DNA of 64,000 nt, from contig DAONDY010000002.1 in NCBI GenBank assembly GCA_035402805.1, forward strand, positions 49,801 through 113,800. Direction: 5' to 3'. The position numbers were made by a program, and so were the translations under genes. Source of the stretch: Candidatus Woesebacteria bacterium. GTDB taxonomy: Bacteria; Patescibacteriota; Microgenomatia; UBA12405. Below, piece by piece: positions 36,798-46,551 of this stretch (position 1 is its first letter; each line of letters opens with the position of its first letter). Below the pieces are notes generated by a model, which did no database searches, was not told the DNA's origin, and was given only the letters and a program-made list of their open reading frames with translations.

Positions 36798-39207
36798 AAT
36801 GAAATTATTCAACAAAAAAACACCACCAGCAAATAATCCGACTCCAGTAAAAGAGAACGAAAATCAAAGAGATTTTACGTCTGGATTGGTAACAACCAAA
36901 GATATAATTGCCCCCGCCTCTTTAGAGGTAGATTTCAATCATATTAGAATTGACAATAAATATTACCGAACCTTATTTGTGGCAGCATATCCGAGATTTG
37001 TAGGGATTAATTGGCTGTCATCATTAATTAATTTTGATTCATCTTTAAACATTTCGATGTTTATTTATCCGACTGATGGAAAAGAAGTTTTAGATGATTT
37101 GAGAAGAAAAATTACGGAAATGGAGGCTGAATTGAGCACTGATATTCAAAGAGGAAGATTGATTAATCCAGCAACCCAAGCAAAATTGGAAGATGCCTTA
37201 AATTTACAAGCCAACTTGGTCAAAGGAGAGGAAAGATTTTTTCAATTCGGGCTTTATATCACGATAACCGCAGACACAGTGGCAGAATTGGATAGAACCA
37301 ATAAAAATTTAGAGGCAGCTTTAGGATCGCTTTTGATTGTGAGTAAAAGGGCCACTTTGCAAATGGAAGACGGTTTTATAACAACATTGCCAATTTGTCG
37401 AGATAAATTGTCGATTAGTCGAAACATGGATACAACATCTTTGGCAACAACTTTCCCTTTTGTATCTTCTGATTTATCCGATGATAGGGGTGTTATGTAT
37501 GGGGTTAATATGCACAATGGGTCGCTGGTTATTTTTGATCGATTTTCAATGCAAAATTACAATTCAGTAGTTTTTGCGACAGCCGGTGCTGGTAAGTCTT
37601 ATTTAATTAAACTGGAAGTGCTTCGATCATTAATGATGGGGACTGAAATTATTGTCATCGATCCAGAAAATGAATATAGAGAATTATGTGTTAGTTCTGG
37701 TGGTCAATATATTGCTTTTGGTTATGGAGAGGGTTCTAAAATTAATCCATTTGATTTAACTTTAGCCGAAGAAGAGGGTGAAAATGGTTTAAATACTAAA
37801 ATTCTATCGCTTCATAAATTATTAAAAGTAATGTTGGGAGAAATGGATCCAATCGAAGAGTCAATTATGGATAGAGCAATGATGGATACCTATAAAATGA
37901 AGGGTATTACACCAGACCCAGCAACTCAAAATAAGGAGGCACCACTAATCGAAGATTTATATAAATCACTGATTGGGATGGAAGATGAAAAGGCAAAGAG
38001 CTTGGCTGCTAGATTGGAAAAATATATCAAAGGATCTTTTGCTGGAATTTTTAACCAAAAAACAACAGTGGAGTTAAATAATAAATTTGTGGTTTTTGGA
38101 ATTAAAAATCTAGAAGACGTGTTGAGACCAGTGGCTATGCAAATTATTTTGGACTATATTTGGACGGTAGTTAAAAAGACACTTAAAAAGAGAATACTGG
38201 TGGTTGATGAGGCTTGGTATTTAATGCAACATGAAGATTCGGCAGAATTTTTAAGAGGAATTGTTAAGAGAGGAAGAAAATACTATTTAGGAGTAACAAC
38301 AATTACCCAAGATGTGGATGATTTCTTGGAAACTGCCTATGGTAAGGAAATTGTTACTAATAGCGCAATCCAAATCTTATTAAAGCAACACAGTGCAGCA
38401 ATTGATCAAATTGGAGAAGTTTTTTATCTAAGTCAAGGGGAAAAACAGTTGTTATTATCGGCAAACAAGGGAGAAGGGATATTTTTTGCTGGACAAAATC
38501 ATGTGGCGATACAAGTAATTGCGTCAGAAGATGAACATAACTTAATTACATCGAATCCTGAGGATGTGTTAAAAAAACAAAATCTGTTGGGTAACTCCAA
38601 ACCAGATAATGGTTTTAAGGCGCCGATTCAAAATCCCTCTGTCAATAAATTGACATCTCCCTTTGATGAAAGGGAGAAATTAAAAATAGAAGAAGTTAAA
38701 AAAGTTGAAGTGGTACCTAAAATTAATATTCCAGAAATAAAAACCATAGAAATTGAAAACAAAATAAATAAACCGGTTGAACTTGAAGAAAAAAAGCCTT
38801 TAGTACCAGAAAATCAAATTAAACCAGAAATAAAAGATGAATCGGTTTTATTTAAAAAACCAGAAGTGGTAGTAATTCAAAACCCCTCAGTCCCCGATAA
38901 ATCAGTGACAGCTCCCCTTGATAAAAGGGAGCCATTAAAACTAGAAATAAATAAACCTGTTGAAATTAAAGTTGAAGAAGTTAAAAATGAAATCAAAAAA
39001 CCAATTTTTATAAAAAACGAGGAAAAGAGTATTCCCCAACCACCACAATTAAGCAAAAAACCACAACCAGTGTTTGACTTAAACCCACCTGCCCCCGTCG
39101 GGGCACCCTCCCTTGAAAATGGAGGGCAAAAAAATATAAGTGAAACGAAAAAAGATAATTCTGGAAAGATGGATTATGATAAATTGTTTGGTAACGGAAT
39201 AGTCTAG
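36784..39207 (+). CDS. virB4: VirB4-like type IV secretion ATPase with low-complexity C-tail
   Basis: Walker A ATAGAGKS, IDPENEY, INPFD, Walker B VVDEAW, RGRKY, ITQ. Confidence 0.88.
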   Translation: MEKNKMKLFNKKTPPANNPTPVKENENQRDFTSGLVTTKDIIAPASLEVDFNHIRIDNKYYRTLFVAAYPRFVGINWLSSLINFDSSLNISMFIYPTDGKEVLDDLRRKITEMEAELSTDIQRGRLINPATQAKLEDALNLQANLVKGEERFFQFGLYITITADTVAELDRTNKNLEAALGSLLIVSKRATLQMEDGFITTLPICRDKLSISRNMDTTSLATTFPFVSSDLSDDRGVMYGVNMHNGSLVIFDRFSMQNYNSVVFATAGAGKSYLIKLEVLRSLMMGTEIIVIDPENEYRELCVSSGGQYIAFGYGEGSKINPFDLTLAEEEGENGLNTKILSLHKLLKVMLGEMDPIEESIMDRAMMDTYKMKGITPDPATQNKEAPLIEDLYKSLIGMEDEKAKSLAARLEKYIKGSFAGIFNQKTTVELNNKFVVFGIKNLEDVLRPVAMQIILDYIWTVVKKTLKKRILVVDEAWYLMQHEDSAEFLRGIVKRGRKYYLGVTTITQDVDDFLETAYGKEIVTNSAIQILLKQHSAAIDQIGEVFYLSQGEKQLLLSANKGEGIFFAGQNHVAIQVIASEDEHNLITSNPEDVLKKQNLLGNSKPDNGFKAPIQNPSVNKLTSPFDEREKLKIEEVKKVEVVPKINIPEIKTIEIENKINKPVELEEKKPLVPENQIKPEIKDESVLFKKPEVVVIQNPSVPDKSVTAPLDKREPLKLEINKPVEIKVEEVKNEIKKPIFIKNEEKSIPQPPQLSKKPQPVFDLNPPAPVGAPSLENGGQKNISETKKDNSGKMDYDKLFGNGIV
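38635..39127 (+). repeat. Three family A copies (38635-38678, 38883-38933, 39084-39127) inside the virB4 tail
   Basis: Each shows the C-rich leader, hairpin 1 and CTCCC..GGGAG hairpin 2. Confidence 0.8.
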
Positions 39208-39223
39208 AGAAGATTGCTATAAT

Positions 39224-41068
39224 TTGATGATGGCAAATGGTGTTAGAGATAAAATTAACGAGCTTTCTGGTGATAGCAGATTTTTGTCTGCAGTTATTGA
39301 AAATATCTTTCAAGAAAAAGAAATAAAAACCAGTAGGGAGGAGGTTGGTGAATTGGTAAGGGTTATTGGGCAAGAATCTAGAGGTAAAAGCGAGAGTGAA
39401 ATTCAAATAGAGGCAAAAAAAATCAGTTTAGAAATTGAAAGGTGGAAAGAAAAAAATCCCGATTTGTCAAAAGAATATAAAAAAGAAGAATTCAAAAAAA
39501 ACTTTCACGAAGAGGCAAAAAAAATAAACCCTAGTTTAAGCGAAGAACAATCAAAAAAAATTGAAGAATATGGTGAATTAGTATCAGATAACTCCTTTGA
39601 TAAAAACGTTTTAGATGGTTATCAGAACGAAGCCTTAGAGGCTAACAAAGATTTTGGACCGGGAAAATTAGAAAACTCATGGTCTGATTTAAAACAGGTA
39701 GTTAATTTTATACAGAAAAGTCCAGAAGAAATAAAAAATATCAAAGATAAATACAATTCTTTAAAGGAGGGTTTAAAAGACGTTAAGGTTCCAAGTAATT
39801 CGAAAGAGGTTAGATCTTTTGAAAAGATTGTATCTAGTTTAAATAACCCAGGGACAGATCAATTATTTTCTAAAACAAAAAATTTTTTAGGTCGGTTGGA
39901 TAAAATAGATAAACTGACTGGTGGATGGTTAAATAAAACGGTAACTGACGCTGGAATGAAAATGGTGAGTAAGATTGGGAATCAGACAATACAAGAATTT
40001 GCAACGAATTCATTAAATGTATTAGTAAAGGAAGGATTTCAACAAGGATTTTCGACAGTTTTGAATGGAGTTTTAAGCGGAGGAGTAAAAGCAGCGGCAA
40101 CAACTGGAACAACAGGTGGAGTGGCAACAGCAACTGGAGTAGCAGCAACCAGTGCAACTGGAGCTGCGGCTGGTGCAACTGGAGCTGCGGCTGGTGGAGC
40201 AGCGGCGGCAACTGGAGCAGCGGCGGCAGGATTATCAGCGACTGGAATTGGAGCAATTGTTGTAGCTGCAGCGGCGGTTCTTAAAGTTGTAAAAGATGTG
40301 GGAAATAAAATAGCAGAAAAATTAGGAATTGATACTAAACAATTTTTTGAAGAAAAATTTGGAAAAGTAGGAGGATTTTTTGTTAAACAAACTATAAAAA
40401 TAACAACGATAACAACAATATCGTTAATACCAATAATTGTTGTTGGATTGGTTATTTTTTTGTTTATCAATGCAATATCTACGGGTTCTTCAGTTTCTAG
40501 TTTAGTGCCACCGGGTGATGAAGTTCAAATATCTGAGACATTGTATGATGAAACCTATGTTTCATCTAATGAACCAATTGTTTTACCGACAGTAATTAAA
40601 AACCAAAAACCAACTGGACAAATGATTGTAGATATGGCTCGATCTCTGTCGGCTAAGGTTTGTTATTATTGGGGCGGAAAAAGTAATGTTATTGGTATTG
40701 ATCCAAAATGGGGTCAAAAAATAACTCCTGATCATATGGGAAGAGATATTGCTGGGCTGGATTGTTCTGGTTTTGTTAATTGGGTTTATCACCAATATGG
40801 ATATAGTCTGGGAAAAATTAAAAGTATGTATGATAATTACACACCAATTAGTGAAAATGATTTACAACCTGGCGATATAGGAATTATAGGTTATGAAATA
40901 AATGGTAAAAATGGATGGCATGTAGGAATATTTACAGGAAGAGATGCTGAAGGTAAATCGATGTGGATTCACTCAGGGTCAACGTCAAAAAGTTTAGGTG
41001 TTTGTAAATCTGGTTTTGTGGCTGAAACTCATGATCCTGGATTTACAAAATTTGCGAGAATATTATAA
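39224..41068 (+). CDS. Membrane-anchored NlpC/P60 peptidoglycan hydrolase with Ala/Gly-rich segment
   Basis: YYWGG, GLDCSGFV, HVGI, WIH in the C-terminal domain; TM helix before it. Confidence 0.85.
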   Translation: MMMANGVRDKINELSGDSRFLSAVIENIFQEKEIKTSREEVGELVRVIGQESRGKSESEIQIEAKKISLEIERWKEKNPDLSKEYKKEEFKKNFHEEAKKINPSLSEEQSKKIEEYGELVSDNSFDKNVLDGYQNEALEANKDFGPGKLENSWSDLKQVVNFIQKSPEEIKNIKDKYNSLKEGLKDVKVPSNSKEVRSFEKIVSSLNNPGTDQLFSKTKNFLGRLDKIDKLTGGWLNKTVTDAGMKMVSKIGNQTIQEFATNSLNVLVKEGFQQGFSTVLNGVLSGGVKAAATTGTTGGVATATGVAATSATGAAAGATGAAAGGAAAATGAAAAGLSATGIGAIVVAAAAVLKVVKDVGNKIAEKLGIDTKQFFEEKFGKVGGFFVKQTIKITTITTISLIPIIVVGLVIFLFINAISTGSSVSSLVPPGDEVQISETLYDETYVSSNEPIVLPTVIKNQKPTGQMIVDMARSLSAKVCYYWGGKSNVIGIDPKWGQKITPDHMGRDIAGLDCSGFVNWVYHQYGYSLGKIKSMYDNYTPISENDLQPGDIGIIGYEINGKNGWHVGIFTGRDAEGKSMWIHSGSTSKSLGVCKSGFVAETHDPGFTKFARIL

Positions 41069-41087
41069 ATTAGTTTAAAATAGATAG

Positions 41088-41468
41088 ATGATTGATTTTT
41101 TAAAAAGATATTTTATCTTAATTGTTTTGGTTATTTTAGTAATAATTTTAATTTTTTTAAAGATTTTTTATGGAAACAATGATAAAAATCCTGATAATTA
41201 TTCCACAAAAATAACACCAACTGAAGTACCAGTACAAACATCTTTTGAAACCGAAAGTGAGGATATTGTTCCAGCTGAAGATTATGTATCAGTATTGCCA
41301 TATTTGGGTAAAAAAATGAAAATATTAGGAATTAAACGTCCAGGAGTTTTAGAGATAATGATTGGAGATGAAGCAGATAAAGATGAAGCTATAAAAGAAA
41401 TAGAGTTATGGAAAACAAAATATCCAACATTTAAGGAATACACTTCTGAATTTACGATTCGTAATTAA
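41088..41468 (+). CDS. Single-TM hypothetical protein
   Basis: N-terminal hydrophobic anchor. Confidence 0.65.
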   Translation: MIDFLKRYFILIVLVILVIILIFLKIFYGNNDKNPDNYSTKITPTEVPVQTSFETESEDIVPAEDYVSVLPYLGKKMKILGIKRPGVLEIMIGDEADKDEAIKEIELWKTKYPTFKEYTSEFTIRN

Positions 41469-42587
41469 TTAGTCTTGTAATCTTACCGGCATAATAATGT
41501 GAGAAAAATCTGGATCGGATTGATCGCGGAAAAAAGCTGGAGTTAATGATTCATTCAATTCAATAATAATTTCTTGACTCTTACAAACATTTAAGAAATC
41601 CATTAAAAATTTGTAATTAAAGGCAATTTCTAAAACTTCACCATCAACTTTAGCATCAACAGTAGCTTTGTTTTGACCAATTTGGGGAGCATTGGCGGTC
41701 AATTCAATAGAATTGGATTTAATATTAAAACGAACGACATTAGCTGATTCTTTAGCAAAAACAGAAGCCATTTTAACCGCTTGAATAAATTCATCTTTGT
41801 TTAAAAAGACTTTAGTAGAAAAAGATTCAGGAACAATTCTTTGATATGCTGGATATTCGCCCTCTATAAGTCGAGAAACCAGCTCTATATCGTCTAAAAC
41901 GAAGACAACTTGATGTTCGTCGGTAGTTAAACCAATTTTGACTTTAGAGTTAGTTTTAGCGAGTTTAGTGACCTCTAAAAGGGATCTGGCGGGGATAAGA
42001 AAAGTGATTTGTTCGGTTTTTAAATCAATAGGATTAATTAATTTAATTTCTTTAAAAGATAATCTAAATCCATCAGTGGCAACTAGTTTTAGACTATCAG
42101 ACGTAAATTGACAAAGGATAGCGGTTAAAACTGGACGACTATCATCAACAGCAGCAGAAAAAGCAATTTGAGAAACGGCCTGAGTTAAAACATTTAAATC
42201 TAATTCAAAACAAGTATTAGGATTTAAAGAGGGAAAATCAGGATAATCTGTTGATGGATTAGTGGTAAAAGTTGATTCGGTTTTAGATGAAGATAAATTT
42301 AATAAATTATCACCTTTTAAAGAAATATCTATTTTTCCTGGAGTTAAATAAGAAACAAATTCAGTAATTTCACGCGAAGGAATAGTAATTGTCCCCTCTT
42401 CTTCGACTTTAGCACCAATCCAATAATTAATACTTAATTCTAAATTAGTGGCAGATAATTTAAGACGACCATTATCTGTGGATAATAAAATATTATTTAA
42501 AATAGGAAGTTGATTTTTAGAAGAAACAAATCGAGAAACGTTAGTTAGAGCAGTATTTAAATTTTCTTGTAAAAGGGAAAGTTTCAT
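41469..42587 (-). CDS. dnaN: DNA polymerase III beta clamp
   Basis: LSATNLE, VATDGFRL, SRLIEGEYP, IMPVR. Confidence 0.97.
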   Translation of the reverse strand: MKLSLLQENLNTALTNVSRFVSSKNQLPILNNILLSTDNGRLKLSATNLELSINYWIGAKVEEEGTITIPSREITEFVSYLTPGKIDISLKGDNLLNLSSSKTESTFTTNPSTDYPDFPSLNPNTCFELDLNVLTQAVSQIAFSAAVDDSRPVLTAILCQFTSDSLKLVATDGFRLSFKEIKLINPIDLKTEQITFLIPARSLLEVTKLAKTNSKVKIGLTTDEHQVVFVLDDIELVSRLIEGEYPAYQRIVPESFSTKVFLNKDEFIQAVKMASVFAKESANVVRFNIKSNSIELTANAPQIGQNKATVDAKVDGEVLEIAFNYKFLMDFLNVCKSQEIIIELNESLTPAFFRDQSDPDFSHIIMPVRLQD

Positions 42588-42895
42588 TGTCTTATATTAT
42601 CAAAAAATGATTTTAATTTAAAGCTTTTATAAAAATGATTTATCAAAAAAATAGTAGTAATGGTTAGTAGAGGGTGTTGATAAGTGGAATAAAAATAAAA
42701 TTGACGGAAAGATATAGAAAAATTTATTTTTAATGGGAGTGAATTAATTAAAAATGATTCTAAAATAGGCATAATTTGATTTTTTGTCTTATAATTTGAT
42801 TTGGAGTTTGGGTAAGTTTCGGGGGAAAAATAAAAAATAAATTGTGGATAAAATTGTGGATAAGTGGTCTTATTAGGTGGATAACTTTTAAATAA
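42588..42895. other. Putative replication origin (oriC)
   Basis: DnaA boxes TGTGGATAA at 42843 and 42855, near-boxes at 42876 and 42675; TAG-trio-like run at 42652-42670; AT-rich; between dnaA and dnaN. Confidence 0.75.
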
Positions 42896-44233
42896 TTAAA
42901 AAGCACTTTTAATTTGGTTAATAAGTTGACGGGTTTGTGAATTAGTGGAAAAGTCACTGTGGATTTTGTCTCGAGCATGCATAATACTGGTGTGGTCACG
43001 ACCACCAAGGAGATGTCCAACTTCTTCTAAGGGTAGGTTTATTTGGGTTAGAAGTAGATAAGCAGTAATATGGCGGGCAGTAACTAAATCTTTTTTACGA
43101 CTTTTTCCACAAAGGTCACTAGTTTTGATATTAAAGTGTTTAGCACAAACTGAAATAATATGACGAGGATTTAGTTTAGTAGTTAGTTCAAAATTATTAG
43201 TTTGTAAATTAGGATTAAAAAAGTTTTGAACAAAAGGAAGATCAATATCCCCTATTTGTTGAGCCATAGCTTGAACAGAAATTTGTTGAAGTTTACCTTC
43301 AATTTCGCGGATATTTGATTCAATATTATTAGCTAAAAATTCGACAGCTTCGGGAGTAATTTTAATTCCCTTTTCTTCTATTTTTTGACTAATTATGGCA
43401 ATCCGCATTTCATAATCGGGAAGTTGAATATCAACAGTTAAACCACCCATAAAACGAGAAACGAGACGGTCTTCAAGATGATCAATTTCACTGGGTTTAC
43501 GATCAGAAGTTAAAATAACTTGTTTACCGTTCATGTGAAGAGAATTAAAAGTGTGAAAAAATTCTTCTTGGGTATATTCTTTTCCAGCAATAAATTGAAT
43601 ATCATCAACTAAAATACAATCTAAATTACGGTATTTATCTTTAAATTGGTTCATAGTTTTGCTCTTAAGAGCATTAACCAACTCATTACCAAAAGTTTCG
43701 GCGGAGAAGTATTTTATTTTTAAATCTGGATTTTTTTTGAGAAGTTCATGACCGATAGCTTGCATTAAATGAGTTTTACCAACACCTACCCCGCCCCAGA
43801 TAAAGAAAGGATTATAAGAAAGACCCGGGTTTTTTATAATTCCTTGGGCGGCAGCATAGGCAAAATTATTACTATTACCAACAACTAAAGTGTCAAAGGT
43901 ATATTTAGGGTGAAGATTAGAGTTATTAGTTTTATTTGGATTGTAGGAAAAAAGCGGAGTGGAATTGGTATCAGTATCAGTTTTGATAATTTCTTGAACA
44001 ATAAAATTAAGGGTATTATCGGCTTTAGTTTGATTATCGAGAGCGTTTTTGATGATGTCGTAATGGCGTTTTTTATTGAAATCAACAGAATAAGTGTTGG
44101 GACAACCAATAGTGGCAATATTATTTTCAATGTTTACGAGTTGGGTTTTTAAAACAAAAGTTTGAAAGATGGCTGGTGCAAGATTAATTTTCAACTCTTC
44201 TTGAGTATTTTTCCAAATTCGGTCAATATCCAT
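42896..44233 (-). CDS. dnaA: Chromosomal replication initiator DnaA
   Basis: YNPFFIWGGVGVGKTHL, DDIQF, QEEFFHTFN, GGRDHTS. Confidence 0.98.
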   Translation of the reverse strand: MDIDRIWKNTQEELKINLAPAIFQTFVLKTQLVNIENNIATIGCPNTYSVDFNKKRHYDIIKNALDNQTKADNTLNFIVQEIIKTDTDTNSTPLFSYNPNKTNNSNLHPKYTFDTLVVGNSNNFAYAAAQGIIKNPGLSYNPFFIWGGVGVGKTHLMQAIGHELLKKNPDLKIKYFSAETFGNELVNALKSKTMNQFKDKYRNLDCILVDDIQFIAGKEYTQEEFFHTFNSLHMNGKQVILTSDRKPSEIDHLEDRLVSRFMGGLTVDIQLPDYEMRIAIISQKIEEKGIKITPEAVEFLANNIESNIREIEGKLQQISVQAMAQQIGDIDLPFVQNFFNPNLQTNNFELTTKLNPRHIISVCAKHFNIKTSDLCGKSRKKDLVTARHITAYLLLTQINLPLEEVGHLLGGRDHTSIMHARDKIHSDFSTNSQTRQLINQIKSAF

Positions 44234-44240
44234 TTGATAT

Positions 44241-44448
44241 CCCTCTTCCGCCGAAAGCGGATTTCCCCTTTTGATGAAAAGGAGACAAAATAATAATTAG
44301 GCAGTAAGATGGGCAAAAGTTTTAAATCGAAATTGTGGAAAAATCGATTTGGTAATGTCTATATTAGATGAGTTTTCCACAAAAGAAAAGATATCAAATG
44401 AAACCCCTTTGTCGATAAATCGACATCTCCCCTTGATGAAGGGGAGAA
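44241..44448 (+). repeat. Two family A copies (44241-44286, 44404-44448) and two DnaA-box-like sites (44334, 44373) in the dnaA-rpmH spacer
   Basis: Double-hairpin motif; TGTGGAAAA and TTTTCCACA. Confidence 0.75.
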
Positions 44449-44495
44449 ATTATTTTTCTAATATAAAAAATAGATTTTGTGTTAAAATAATGCCT

Positions 44496-44636
44496 ATGGC
44501 TACAAAACAAACATTACAACGAAAAGCAAAAAAACATGCTCGTGTTCATGGATTTTTAAAAAGAATGATGGATCATGATGGTAGAAACGTGCTTAAAAGA
44601 AGAAGAACTAAGGGTAGAAAGAAAATAACTGCCTAA
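44496..44636 (+). CDS. rpmH: 50S ribosomal protein L34
   Basis: MATKQTLQ...RVHGFLKRM...GRNVLKRRRTKGRK; position next to dnaA and rnpA. Confidence 0.95.
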   Translation: MATKQTLQRKAKKHARVHGFLKRMMDHDGRNVLKRRRTKGRKKITA

Positions 44637-44644
44637 AAACAAAT

Positions 44645-44698
44645 CCCCTCTGTCTCTCGACAGGCTCGAGACACCTCCCCTTAACAAAGGGAGAAGTC
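44645..44698 (+). repeat. Repeat family A copy between rpmH and rnpA
   Basis: CCCCTCTGTCTC...GAGACACCTCCCCTTAACAAAGGGAGAAGTC. Confidence 0.9.
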
Positions 44699-44722
44699 AT
44701 TATAAAATGATAAAATTTAGGT

Positions 44723-45070
44723 GTGTTAAAAAGAGAAAATAGAATTAGATCTAAGAAAGAATTTTTAGAAATTAAAAACAAAGGGAGAGTTTTGTACTCT
44801 CCCCTTTTTGGTTGGTTATTTTATAAAGAAAATGATGATCAAAAGAAATTTGGCTTTATTGTTTCTAAAAAAATTTCCAAAAGAGCAGTTGACAGAAATA
44901 GAATTAGAAGAATTTTATCGGAAATTATCAGAAATAATCTAGATAAATTTGAAGATGGAACAAGATTAGTCTTTTTAACAAAACAAGAAATTTTAGGAAA
45001 AAAGAAAGAAGAGGTTGAAAAAGAAGTTGATAAGTTTATCAAGTTGAAAGTTTATAAAGTTGAAAAGTGA
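44723..45070 (+). CDS. rnpA: RNase P protein component
   Basis: FGFIVSKKISKRAVDRNRIRR; 3' end formed by a family C repeat. Confidence 0.93.
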   Translation: MLKRENRIRSKKEFLEIKNKGRVLYSPLFGWLFYKENDDQKKFGFIVSKKISKRAVDRNRIRRILSEIIRNNLDKFEDGTRLVFLTKQEILGKKKEEVEKEVDKFIKLKVYKVEK

Positions 45071-45270
45071 AAAAGCTGGTATTAAAAATATTGGTCTTTT
45101 ATAAAAAACATATTTCACGGGGAAATTATTGTCGATTTGTGCCTAGTTGTTCGGAATATACTTATCAGGCAATAAACAAATATGGAGTGACTAAAGGGCT
45201 GTTTTTGGGTTTTAAAAGAATAATGAAATGTAACTCCTTTTTTAAAGGCGGAGAAGATTTGGTAAAATGA
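45067..45270 (+). CDS. yidD: Membrane protein insertion efficiency factor
   Basis: CRFVPSCSEY...KYG...RIMKC. Confidence 0.92.
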   Translation: MKKLVLKILVFYKKHISRGNYCRFVPSCSEYTYQAINKYGVTKGLFLGFKRIMKCNSFFKGGEDLVK

Positions 45271-46052
45271 GTTCTATGAATCTATTCATTGCACCATTTG
45301 TTAACGCCCTTTTTGGGGTTTATTACTTAGTAGGAAATTTTGGTTTAGCCATTGTTTTGGTAACCATTTTAATCAGGCTAGTTTTATTACCATTAATTTT
45401 GCCAAGTTTAAAATCAGCCCAAAAAATCAGGGATTTACAGCCTAAATTAAATAAACTAAAAGAAAAATATGGAAATGACAAGAAAGCCTTGGCGACAGCT
45501 CAAATGGAACTCTATAAAGTGGAAGGAATTAATCCAATGTCAGGGTGTTTACCTCAAATATTACAGATAGTGGTTTTACTTTTATTCTTTTCGGCTTTCA
45601 ATATGGTAACTAATTTTTCGAGTGGAAAAGGAAGTTTGGATCAAGTTAACACTCAATTAATTCAATCTTTTAAGATTGACCAAAATTTTAAATTTGATTT
45701 AAGTTTTTTGGGATCTGATTTGCTGCAAACTCCGGCAAAAATATTTACACAGGGGTTTGGCATTGGTTGGATAATTCCCTTTATCTTATTAATAGGTTCA
45801 GGAGCTTTACAATTTTGGAGTGCTAAATTGATGATGCCGGCTCCAGCGGTTGATAAGTCAATCGTTAAAGCAACTAAAGATAAAGAAGATGACATGATGT
45901 CGGCAATGAGAACTCAATCAACTTATTTCATGCCTTTGATGACAATTTTTATTGGATGGAATTTTTCACTAGGGTTACTTTTGTATTGGTTTACCACCTC
46001 GGCCTTGATGATAGTTCAGCAATTGGTGGTTAATAGAATGAATAAGAAATAA
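45267..46052 (+). CDS. yidC: Membrane protein insertase YidC/Oxa1
   Basis: LQPKL..LKEKY, GINPMSGCLP, GLLLYW. Confidence 0.93.
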   Translation: MSSMNLFIAPFVNALFGVYYLVGNFGLAIVLVTILIRLVLLPLILPSLKSAQKIRDLQPKLNKLKEKYGNDKKALATAQMELYKVEGINPMSGCLPQILQIVVLLLFFSAFNMVTNFSSGKGSLDQVNTQLIQSFKIDQNFKFDLSFLGSDLLQTPAKIFTQGFGIGWIIPFILLIGSGALQFWSAKLMMPAPAVDKSIVKATKDKEDDMMSAMRTQSTYFMPLMTIFIGWNFSLGLLLYWFTTSALMIVQQLVVNRMNKK

Positions 46053-46074
46053 AAGCCGTGTTAAAATAGCCACT

Positions 46075-46542
46075 ATGAATAATAAAAAAAGAAATGAAAC
46101 AATCTTAAAACTCACCTGTGAATTATTGGAAAAAATGAATTTTGAAGTGGAAAAAGCTTTTGTGGAAGATATGGATGGAGAAGAAAACCAAGTGATGGTG
46201 GGAATTACGGTTAATAATCCAGCTGGTTTAATTGGTTTTAGAGGTCGAAATTTGGCTTCAATTCAATTTGTTTTATCTTTAATTATTAGATCTCAAGTTG
46301 GAGAAGGAATCAGAGTTCTTTTGGATGTAAATAATTATCGAAGCGAACAAAAAGTTAGACTGGAAGGAATGGTAAAAAATTTAGCAGAAAAAGTTTTAGC
46401 AACTGGAAAAGAAGTATCTATGGCTAATATGAGTTCATATGAAAGAAGAATTTGTCATATGGTTTTAGCAGAGATGGAAGGAGTGATAAGTGAGTCTGAG
46501 GGTGAAGGCGAAGAAAGGCATATAGTGATAAAAAAGTGCTAA
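46075..46542 (+). CDS. jag: Jag/KhpB RNA-binding protein (KH + R3H)
   Basis: LIGFRGRNL, LDVNNYR, ERRICH, SEGEGEERH. Confidence 0.9.
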   Translation: MNNKKRNETILKLTCELLEKMNFEVEKAFVEDMDGEENQVMVGITVNNPAGLIGFRGRNLASIQFVLSLIIRSQVGEGIRVLLDVNNYRSEQKVRLEGMVKNLAEKVLATGKEVSMANMSSYERRICHMVLAEMEGVISESEGEGEERHIVIKKC

Positions 46543-46551
46543 GATAGGGCT

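Noticed and set aside
39870-40470. Antisense ORFs (128 aa, 143 aa) over the Ala/Gly-rich region
   Set aside because: Shadow frames of low-complexity codons in the NlpC/P60 gene.
42584-43020. Small ORFs in the dnaA-dnaN spacer
   Set aside because: They overlap DnaA boxes and the dnaA 3' end and show no protein-like features.
44349-44495. N-terminal extension of L34 in the 95-aa ORF
   Set aside because: The extension runs through a family A repeat and DnaA-box-like sites; L34 homology starts at ATG 44496, just after a -10 box.
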